This document shows positions 56,623 to 64,000 of a stretch of 64,000 nucleotides of DNA, piece after piece. The notes below the pieces were generated by a model. The model made no database searches and was not told the DNA's origin. It worked only from the letters and a program-made list of their open reading frames with translations. How positions within the stretch are numbered: position 1 is the first letter of the stretch; each line of letters starts with the position of its first letter. The stretch is from a virus. The DNA is taken from IMG/VR virus record IMGVR_UViG_3300008516_000159; one strand, written 5' to 3'. The position numbers were made by a program, and so were the translations under genes.

Positions 56623-57303
56623 TCATATTTTGTTGCCCTTGCTTCTGTTGTCCTTTTTCCACAACGGCTCCAGATTTGTCATCGCCCAACACTGTCTAAA
56701 CTCACGATCGTCGGGCTCTTCGAATTCCCAATAACTAATTGGTATTTTATGATGCACTTCCCAAACTTCGCCATAATTACTAAATAACATTGGTGTTTTG
56801 CTCGGATGCCGCGCATTTTTATCTGACATCAGTGCGGCAAAATTAGACTTCAATGCCTCAAAGGTATAACAAACAAGCCGTTCCCAACGCACACTTGTCT
56901 TGCCATGTCTTAAAGATCTACGTATGGCGCTTGACATGGCGTTATTTAATCTGTACTTTGGATCGCCGTTGCGCTTATCGCGAAGCCATTGAGCCTGTAG
57001 CGACCTCATGTGCTTATGGTTTTTCTTAACCCAATTCTCTCTATATAATCTCATTTGCACAGAATGATTTTTTTGCCACCCATTAGCTCGACGTCTGTTC
57101 TCATTTTGGAATTTAACATCATTCTTTCGTAATTCGTACTGTTTTTTACTACGCAGCTTAGCCTTCTCGGAATATTGTCGACAATAATCTTTAAAACACT
57201 CTTTGCACCATGCTTGCAAACCATCCTTGCTGTTGGAATTCTCAGCGTAGGCGATTACCAATTTCGATTTGCCGAATTTGCGGCATCGTTTAGTTATCAT
57301 CAA
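56623..57303 (-). CDS. HNH-type homing endonuclease
   Basis: CRKF...WCKEC; WEVHHKIP...CWAMTNLEPLW..DN.SK. Confidence 0.8.
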   Translation of the reverse strand: MMITKRCRKFGKSKLVIAYAENSNSKDGLQAWCKECFKDYCRQYSEKAKLRSKKQYELRKNDVKFQNENRRRANGWQKNHSVQMRLYRENWVKKNHKHMRSLQAQWLRDKRNGDPKYRLNNAMSSAIRRSLRHGKTSVRWERLVCYTFEALKSNFAALMSDKNARHPSKTPMLFSNYGEVWEVHHKIPISYWEFEEPDDREFRQCWAMTNLEPLWKKDNRSKGNKI

Positions 57304-57692
57304 ATATACTCGTCTTCATCATATAAATCATCATCAGGATCTGGTGGAGTCACTACAGTATTATCTGGTTCTGGTGTCGGCTCGGGTTCTGGAATCGGAT
57401 CCGGTGTTGGTTCAGGTATCGGCTCGGGTTCTACCGGAGGTTTTTCTGGGATCACATGTACTTTGTTAACATCGCCCGTCGTAATTTTGATTGGCTTCTC
57501 TTTTGTTGGCTCAATTTTTTCAAGCACATATTCCTCAAACTTGCCGATAGGTAAAATATATTGCTTGCTGTTTATTTGAACAACTACTTTATCAGACAAA
57601 AAATATTTAACCTCTGCCACGTTTGATTCTGGCCTGTGTAATAACACATTTCCGAGCTGTTTTGAAATTATGAATTTATCTCCACGCTTCAC
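57300..57692 (-). CDS. Protein with Pro-Glu-rich tail
   Basis: PEPIPEPTPDPIPEPEPTPEPD repeat. Confidence 0.6.
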   Translation of the reverse strand: MKRGDKFIISKQLGNVLLHRPESNVAEVKYFLSDKVVVQINSKQYILPIGKFEEYVLEKIEPTKEKPIKITTGDVNKVHVIPEKPPVEPEPIPEPTPDPIPEPEPTPEPDNTVVTPPDPDDDLYDEDEYI

Positions 57693-58293
57693 TGTAATTG
57701 CCCTTTAAATGAGTTTTTCTCCATTTTCAAAGAAAAGATCACCATGCTCGTTGAAATGGAGGTTAGCTTGATCCTCTATTTTTATAACCTTTAATTGCAA
57801 TCGCCTCTCTTTTGCATTATCCGCATAATAAGCAACAAAATATTCTTTGTCAAATGTAAAATCTGCGCCCGAGCTCAACAGCGCCGCGACAAGGTACTGT
57901 ATCTTGTCCTTGTCTTTATTGAAACTGTCAGCTATGACGACAGGTTTTTCTTGCGCTTCGGCTTCAAATACTTCCTTACCAACAACACTTTTGTAAGCAT
58001 CATCCCTAAACCAGAATCCGGCAAAGATACTCTTGAGCTTTTTTATTTCTTCTTGAAGCGCAACATTATTATTCAGCCTGAAATTACCTGTAATCATGAA
58101 ACGCCAGCCATAATTGCTGTCGTCTTCTCTTTCTAGTATAAGTCTAAACCGACTATACTTCTTTTCAAAGAAATCTTTGCCTTCTTCGGCCCAGCCGTTG
58201 CCCAGGAGATAGTCTTTTATTTCTTCGTCTGATTTGAGCTTATATAGGCTTGTCTCTGCACATTCTGACATGACTTTCTCCATGCGATTATCT

Positions 58294-58560
58294 TTACGAC
58301 GGCCAGCCTCCTCGTAGCAAGAACTTTGCTTTTTCTTTTTTCGGCATTGGTGTCATGGGGTTGTTTTTCAAATAAGATTTTAGCTCGGGTTTGTTTTGAA
58401 AAATAATCAAGCCGCCCAGCGCCACATCTATTTTTCTACCCCACGTGTTATACTTTTGGAACACATATTTCGCATACATTTTACTATAGCCCATATATTG
58501 CCAAAACCCTGGGCCGCGGTACAAGTAAAATTGCCCTGTTATTAGCTCTCTGAATTTCAT
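58294..58560 (-). CDS. Small protein with C-terminal AKxLL motif
   Basis: KKEKAKFLLRGG. Confidence 0.65.
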   Translation of the reverse strand: MKFRELITGQFYLYRGPGFWQYMGYSKMYAKYVFQKYNTWGRKIDVALGGLIIFQNKPELKSYLKNNPMTPMPKKEKAKFLLRGGWPS

Positions 58561-58580
58561 CTCTTCTATATATGTAATAT

Positions 58581-58865
58581 TCAGTTAACGTATTTGTTGT
58601 TTGTAAGAAAAGCCTTCGCTACCTCTTTTTTTGTCGCTTTCCTTATTATGCCACTTTCCCAATGTTCCCGCAGAGCTGTTCCTTCCAACTCATAAGTCAG
58701 CGCAATTTGCGGGTTATCTGTCGGATGGAATCGCAAGCCGCCATCTTTAATGGTAATAGAGTGGCACGATTCACCCTGCGCAAATCTTAAAATGTAGTAA
58801 CTATCCAGGTGCCACGTTATTGGCTTCAGCTTACGCCGCGAGGATTTTTGAGACGCCTTGTTCAT
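58581..58865 (-). CDS. Small protein with C-terminal AKxLL-like motif
   Basis: KKEVAKAFLTN. Confidence 0.55.
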   Translation of the reverse strand: MNKASQKSSRRKLKPITWHLDSYYILRFAQGESCHSITIKDGGLRFHPTDNPQIALTYELEGTALREHWESGIIRKATKKEVAKAFLTNNKYVN

Positions 58866-60711
58866 CTTTATATATCATCATTGAGTTATTAAAATATGCT
58901 TTGAAGTTGTCTTTGTGTGATATGACATATACGGAGTTGCCGCGCTCTTTCAAGTCATCAATAATCTTTAACAACGCGGTGATTCCATTTTCATCCAGGT
59001 TTCTGTCAAGGACCTCGTCCATGAATATCATATTTATATCGTTGCCGAGATTGACCTTGACTAAATCAAACAACGAAAAGGCAATAGCAAGATTAACCCT
59101 CTGCTCTTCACCGCCCGACAATTGAGCCAGGCTCACATCATGACCATTCTTAGATATTCTATGATCCATTTCTCTATTCAAAGAAAAATCGATTTCTTCA
59201 TTAAAGAAGACACTCAAATAATGATTTATTCTGGAATTGATGAAGTCAATAACCTTGTTTATGAGGAAGGATCTAACTGTGTTTTCGCCTTTGGAAAAGG
59301 CGTGTATCCAAAAGTTAACGTGCTTTATATCATCCTGCAGATTGTCCAGTTCTTTCTGAAGATCGCGTACCGTGTTCTTCGCAGTCTTGATCTGAATTTT
59401 TATATTATTAATGTATTCCATATCTATGATGTTCTGGCGCTGTTCTGTCAATGTCCTTGTTTGCCCGGCTAATTCCCCGATTTGCTCCTTGACGTGCTCA
59501 AGCTCCTCGAGCGTCATTTTCGGTTTAAGAAACTTTATAGCGCCTATCTTGACATCCAACTTATCTGCGTCTTCTTTGTACTGAGCCCCATATTTCGAAG
59601 CAGCTTCCAATCCTTCTTCCAAGGTGCCCAATCCGGAGTCAAGCCTGTCTATTTCTTTTTTCATGCGGCCTACTAATTCTCGCCTCTCGTTGATATATTT
59701 ATCCATTAATTCACGATTGACCACATTACCACAAGTGGGGCAAGTGTTAGGATTCTCTTTGGCGGTAATTATTTCGGCGTTGGCTTTGTCGACGGCTTCA
59801 CCGTCTCTCCTAAGAGCGCTGTTTTTTTCTTTTATCTGTTTTTTCTGAGGACCTATTTTTTCGGCTTCATTGTCTTCTTTTATGCGAAGCTCATCTCTGG
59901 CTTTTACAAGTTTGTCTTTGCGTTTCTTGAAAGAATCATTTTTTCTATGCTTTTCTTTTTCTGAAGCTATGTCCACTTTTTGGAGCTTGTCCAACTCTTT
60001 TTTGATATCAGTTATGTCGTGGGACAGTTTTTTAAATTTGATCTTACATGACGTGAAATAATCTTGTACGGTTTGAGTTAGGTTTTCAGCAAGCTCTCTC
60101 TTGCCTTTTTGATCATGATAGTATTCATCATATTCGCTTTGAGCGTTGGTTTGTTCATTCTTAAGAAGCTTTTCATATACACTTAGGTTATCTACCTGCA
60201 ACACATTCTCGACTATCTCTTTGCGTTTCGCAGTAGAGGCGTCCGTAAAGCTGAATATCCTATCCTGAGAAAACATCACAGAAGAGATAAATGATCTGAA
60301 ATTGATTTTGATTAGATCGTTTACCCTGTCTTGAGTGTCATTCATATTGGCGAGAGATTTATCATTACCGTCGACTTTGAGTATAAGTTTGTTTTTGAGC
60401 CTCTTGCCGCCTATCTTTCTCCATCTTGTTATCTGGACATGTTTAGGACCAATGGTGAATTCCAAATTCACCATACAGTTTCCGCCCGCTATATTATTAA
60501 CAACCTCATCGGCAGCCAACCCTTTTGTGGTCTTGCCATAAATAGCCCAAACGATGGCATTAAAGATGGTGGTTTTACCGGCACCATTACTGCCGCCTTC
60601 TTGAAGATTTTGGCCTAAAACAAGAATTATGTCGTTATCGACAAAACGAATAAACTGCTCATCCTCGCCAAAAGAAAGGAAGTTCCTAATACGCATTTGA
60701 CGAAATTTCAA
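58831..60711 (-). CDS. SbcC/Rad50-like ATPase (T4 gp46-like)
   Basis: GSNGAGKT, coiled coil with CPTC zinc hook, LSGGE, FMDE. Confidence 0.95.
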   Translation of the reverse strand: MKFRQMRIRNFLSFGEDEQFIRFVDNDIILVLGQNLQEGGSNGAGKTTIFNAIVWAIYGKTTKGLAADEVVNNIAGGNCMVNLEFTIGPKHVQITRWRKIGGKRLKNKLILKVDGNDKSLANMNDTQDRVNDLIKINFRSFISSVMFSQDRIFSFTDASTAKRKEIVENVLQVDNLSVYEKLLKNEQTNAQSEYDEYYHDQKGKRELAENLTQTVQDYFTSCKIKFKKLSHDITDIKKELDKLQKVDIASEKEKHRKNDSFKKRKDKLVKARDELRIKEDNEAEKIGPQKKQIKEKNSALRRDGEAVDKANAEIITAKENPNTCPTCGNVVNRELMDKYINERRELVGRMKKEIDRLDSGLGTLEEGLEAASKYGAQYKEDADKLDVKIGAIKFLKPKMTLEELEHVKEQIGELAGQTRTLTEQRQNIIDMEYINNIKIQIKTAKNTVRDLQKELDNLQDDIKHVNFWIHAFSKGENTVRSFLINKVIDFINSRINHYLSVFFNEEIDFSLNREMDHRISKNGHDVSLAQLSGGEEQRVNLAIAFSLFDLVKVNLGNDINMIFMDEVLDRNLDENGITALLKIIDDLKERGNSVYVISHKDNFKAYFNNSMMIYKDEQGVSKILAA

Positions 60712-60974
60712 TTGCTGCTCCTATTATATCCGTCCTGAATATACGTGATGCCTGGGCCCGGACCGCTATAATTATCGTTCCACATTTGGCACCAAATAGC
60801 TTTTGTGTCGCTTATTTTGAGGTACCTTGTTTTGTTATATTCACACACGCAGGTATGATACCCGTGATCCGAACGCTCTTCCCATTTCAAATACTTACAC
60901 GAAACGCATTCAATATCATCCTTGAGCAAAGCCTTGGCTTTAGCTAGCTTAAGCTCTTTGCGTGAGATACTCAT
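60708..60974 (-). CDS. AKxLL-CxxC microprotein
   Basis: KLAKAKALLKDDIECVSC...CQMW; sits between the gp47-like and gp46-like genes. Confidence 0.7.
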   Translation of the reverse strand: MSISRKELKLAKAKALLKDDIECVSCKYLKWEERSDHGYHTCVCEYNKTRYLKISDTKAIWCQMWNDNYSGPGPGITYIQDGYNRSSN

Positions 60975-61974
60975 CGTTTACTTTCTCTAGTATTGATATA
61001 AGCCTCTTTTTGCTCAAGCCCTCCGGTATGTCTACATTATCCAAAAACTGTTTGGCAAGATTCAAGATACTTGATTTATTCAGTTCCTCAACAAACTCAA
61101 GCTCTTTTATGAGTTCTTCTGATGCGGTGGTTACATCGCAAGAAAGAGCGCCTTTGAGACGCATCTTTTCAAATATAGGCCTTGTGTTTTTTATATCAGA
61201 GGGAATAATAACTTTGACAAAGCAGTTTTCTACATTTACTTTTTCTATTTGGGAGTATTCTACATACTTGAACTTCGGAGCATCCTTGAACTCATGAAAC
61301 CTCCACTCAAGAGTTTTGGTATCAAGAGTGACAAAGCCATGTCTGGTGTCCCGCTCACCAAAATTAGTTTGAAAAGGAGCGCCGATGAATACCACATTTC
61401 CATTCTGCTGATGTAAATGATAATGGCCGGAAAAAACCATGTCCATTTTTTTGAACTGATTTAGTTTAAAACCCACATCACTTACGTGCAGGTTATTCAT
61501 TCGGAAGCCGGCCATGTCCTGATGCATGAATAATACATTCTTGGTATCTTTATTATAATCAAACTTTGGCAGCAAGAATGAATCTATGCCGTTCTTTCTA
61601 TATGACATCATGTGAAATCTAACATTGTCTATATCGTAATAGTTATAGTTGCCAACAACTTCTCCATATTCGTCAAAAGCAAACATGATAGAACCCTTGG
61701 TTGATTCTGGCAACGGCATATCATGATTGCCTATGAGAAAATACATTTTAAGCTCGTCTCTCCATTGTCTGATGATGTCTCGTATAAAAATAAAGTCCAT
61801 GGAGTCGACTCTGGTTTTTATCTGAAACATATCGCCTAGGAAGAAGACGTGCTTTATTTTGTGCTTAATGGCATATTCTCGTGTGTGATTAAGGAAATTA
61901 CCAGCCGTCTTCACAAAGAGATTTGAGCCCATATGCCGATAGGCATGTAGATCACAATATAATAATAGTTTCAA
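60949..61974 (-). CDS. SbcD/Mre11-like nuclease (T4 gp47-like)
   Basis: CDLH, LGD, IGNHD, SGHYH, GAP. Confidence 0.93.
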   Translation of the reverse strand: MKLLLYCDLHAYRHMGSNLFVKTAGNFLNHTREYAIKHKIKHVFFLGDMFQIKTRVDSMDFIFIRDIIRQWRDELKMYFLIGNHDMPLPESTKGSIMFAFDEYGEVVGNYNYYDIDNVRFHMMSYRKNGIDSFLLPKFDYNKDTKNVLFMHQDMAGFRMNNLHVSDVGFKLNQFKKMDMVFSGHYHLHQQNGNVVFIGAPFQTNFGERDTRHGFVTLDTKTLEWRFHEFKDAPKFKYVEYSQIEKVNVENCFVKVIIPSDIKNTRPIFEKMRLKGALSCDVTTASEELIKELEFVEELNKSSILNLAKQFLDNVDIPEGLSKKRLISILEKVNDEYLTQRA

Positions 61975-62009
61975 GCGATTGTCCTTGTAAGATTACTATT
62001 ATATATATG

Positions 62010-62261
62010 CTACATCTTAATACGAGGGTTCAGTTTAGGAGGCCTGTGAGGCACATTCGGTTTCTCCTTTCCAGCCCCTTTATATAAATCCTCTTCTTTC
62101 TTTTTAACTTTAATTAGAAGATCCATAAAGTAGTTTCGATCCTCTGTTGCCATGTTCTGTGTAAACAGAGGATCGATACCACCATGATATGCTAACTCGA
62201 ACTGCTGTTTAAGGAGAGCTTTATAATTCTCCGAATTAGTTTCCTCACCGGCCGATTCGAA
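62010..62261 (-). CDS. Start-less +1-frame extension of the upstream chaperone (probable programmed frameshift product)
   Basis: 83 open codons (FESAGEE...LLKQQFELAYHGGID...RNYFMDLL...) entered from GAG TTT TTT CGA; no start codon in the first ~35 codons. Confidence 0.65.
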   Translation of the reverse strand, partial: FESAGEETNSENYKALLKQQFELAYHGGIDPLFTQNMATEDRNYFMDLLIKVKKKEEDLYKGAGKEKPNVPHRPPKLNPRIKM

Positions 62262-63138
62262 AAAACTCTGCCGTTATAGGAATTTCTTCGTCAAACATTT
62301 CGTCACAGTATGGACATTGTATGTTTTTGACAGGCTCTATGCCAGCGTCTTTGCCGCTCATATCTTCTCTGATTACCGCCGAGTCATAAGCAAGCAGCGA
62401 ATTGAGAAATTTATCCCAAAGATTAGGATTTAATTCTTCACCTTCGGGTGTGACAATCCTATCCGTAAGGAGTTTTAGTCTATCTGTCGCCGCGTTGTCC
62501 ACTTCTGAAAATTTAACTGCGGCTTTGTCCCTCAACGCTCGTGCTTGTTCCTCAGTATACCCTCTTGGAAGCCTGTAAAAAATAGTAGCCCCAGATTTTG
62601 GAAGCTTGAGTTCAACCGGCTCAATAAAATCTTTTGATATTTCTTTTACCGGCTGTTGTTTTATGTCCACTCTATACTTGAATTTTCTGGTGCACGTTGG
62701 GTTCGGACAGTGCAACGTGAACTCATACTCTGCACCATACGAAAGAGCTCGCAGCCAAAACATCAAAAATATTCGATCTGACGAAAGCAAATCTTTCGGG
62801 TCTATATCCGATTTAATGCAGTTCCTAAACATCATGTCCAACGCCTGACCTGTTTTGATTAGGCGGCTGGTGGCAAGGATTTTCTCTTCGACCATGGTCA
62901 TCGGTCTAATCATAATTTTACCAGATAAAACCAACTTGTCTGTGGTTACATCCTTGTATAAATAACCATGAGACGGAAGAGGTGCCTCTTCTGCTGGAGG
63001 CTCGAAATCTGGCTGAGCGATGGCGTAGTCTTTTCTTGCGCCATGCCTTACTGAATCTTCCGGCGGCTTGTTTTTAACGTTCAGCTCCGATAGATTTACA
63101 GGAGCTCTTGAGTCCTGCGTTTCCGGCGTTTTAGCCAT
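62245..63138 (-). CDS. Tail assembly chaperone / baseplate hub assembly protein (T4 gp26-like)
   Basis: LPSHGYLY, IRPMT..EE, DR.FLMFWLRA.SYG, CPNPTC, CPYC, ends AEFFR; downstream of the tail tube gene. Confidence 0.72.
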   Translation of the reverse strand: MAKTPETQDSRAPVNLSELNVKNKPPEDSVRHGARKDYAIAQPDFEPPAEEAPLPSHGYLYKDVTTDKLVLSGKIMIRPMTMVEEKILATSRLIKTGQALDMMFRNCIKSDIDPKDLLSSDRIFLMFWLRALSYGAEYEFTLHCPNPTCTRKFKYRVDIKQQPVKEISKDFIEPVELKLPKSGATIFYRLPRGYTEEQARALRDKAAVKFSEVDNAATDRLKLLTDRIVTPEGEELNPNLWDKFLNSLLAYDSAVIREDMSGKDAGIEPVKNIQCPYCDEMFDEEIPITAEFFRIGR

Positions 63139-63402
63139 TATTTACACCTCCTCATTCTGTTCCGAGAGCACACCAAAGTTTCCTTCTTTGTATTCTCGGA
63201 TTACGTGTTTTGCACCCATATCTGTTAGCTTTTTTATGGAGATTCCAGTTTTTTTCGAAATCTCCTGTAACTCTTTCTTTTCTTTTTCAGAAATTCGGGT
63301 GGTTTCTGACATTTATACTACCCCCTTCTGTTGTTACTCCCTGTATCCAAATGTTACTCATTGCTTACCTTTGAACTCGAAATAAAATCTTAGCGTTTTC
63401 GC

Positions 63403-63429
63403 AAAAAAAAAGGGCCACGTGGCCCTTTT
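63403..63429. terminator. Bidirectional terminator
   Basis: A run, palindrome GGGCCACGTGGCCC, T run. Confidence 0.75.
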
Positions 63430-63752
63430 CCCTTATACAACAATATGTTTATAATTTCAACTTAAGTTCTTTGGCGAGATCTAGTTTTTGTTCCAAACTC
63501 ATTTCCTCAACTTTTTCCCTTTTCACTCTGGCTGACAACAATGCTTTTGTAACAATATTATCGGCTTCTGTTTTTGGTACCATTTTGTCGCCGACTTTCC
63601 AGAGATCCCTCACTCCTGGCGGAAGCTTACTTTTCTCCCAACCCCTGGACATTTTTTGTGTCGCGCGAAGACCACCATATTCCGAACCAATAGTTGTTGC
63701 GCGCAACTCATTCAACGCGGTTGACAGTTTCATGGTTTTATCCTTACGTTAT

Positions 63753-63780
63753 AAAAAGGCCCGAGTTGCCCCGGGCCTTT
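63753..63780 (-). terminator. Intrinsic terminator
   Basis: AGGCCCG...CGGGCCT flanked by A and T runs. Confidence 0.72.
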
Positions 63781-63807
63781 CTATGATCAGATTATATATA
63801 ACTTCTC

Positions 63808-64000
63808 TTATGAAGAAGGTATATTGCCCTGGGTTGTATCTTCCTGCAAGATAGCATAGTCAAAATTTAACGTCATGTTCGCCTGTAAGGCTTCATAACC
63901 ACCGTAAGTAACTTCATTGTATGTAACATTGTCTGGATAACATCCAAACAAGTCCCAAGTCTCAGCGATTGAACCATCAGGAGACAGGATAACGAGAGTT
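63808..64000 (-). CDS. Contractile tail tube protein (gp19-like), 3' end, partial
   Basis: Manual translation: LSPDGSIAETWDLFGCYP...MTLNFDYA. Confidence 0.75.
   Translation of the reverse strand, partial: TLVILSPDGSIAETWDLFGCYPDNVTYNEVTYGGYEALQANMTLNFDYAILQEDTTQGNIPSS

Noticed and set aside
1-64000. Alternative genetic code (stop-codon recoding)
   Set aside because: Long conserved genes (SbcC, YejA, TnaA, RecA) are intact in code 11, all three stops are used, and no CUA, UCA or UUA suppressor tRNA was found.
1-64000. Bacterial chromosome or integrative element origin
   Set aside because: Single-strand micro-ORF packing, gp46/47-like and UvsX-like genes, tail tube and chaperone genes, and orphan metabolic genes fit a jumbo phage. 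No integrase or ribosomal operon is present.

Overview
This window is a fragment of a large (jumbo-type) myophage genome, almost entirely on the minus strand, with no sign of stop-codon recoding. Positions ~2.5-33.3 kb form a translation-hijacking island of 37 tRNA or near-canonical tRNA genes (19 amino acids; no Cys) interleaved with micro-ORFs and HNH or PD-(D/E)XK endonucleases. The island also holds a ~255-nt RNase P RNA-like gene, a ~850-nt GOLLD-like ornate RNA with an embedded tRNA, and at least three other unexplained structured RNAs. Auxiliary genes include a REC-HD-GYP phosphodiesterase, rnhB, guaC, an orphan YejA-like binding protein, map, def, dam, thyA and a tryptophanase. The right end carries RecA/UvsX, SbcC/SbcD (gp46/47-like), a tail/baseplate chaperone with a probable +1 frameshift, and the end of a tail tube gene. 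The most striking protein-level pattern is a short basic helix, [KR]xxAKxLL, found on about 40 otherwise unrelated small proteins at the N-terminus, at the C-terminus or as an internal insertion, which suggests a portable targeting or docking tag. All calls were made by eye and need covariance-model and HMM confirmation.
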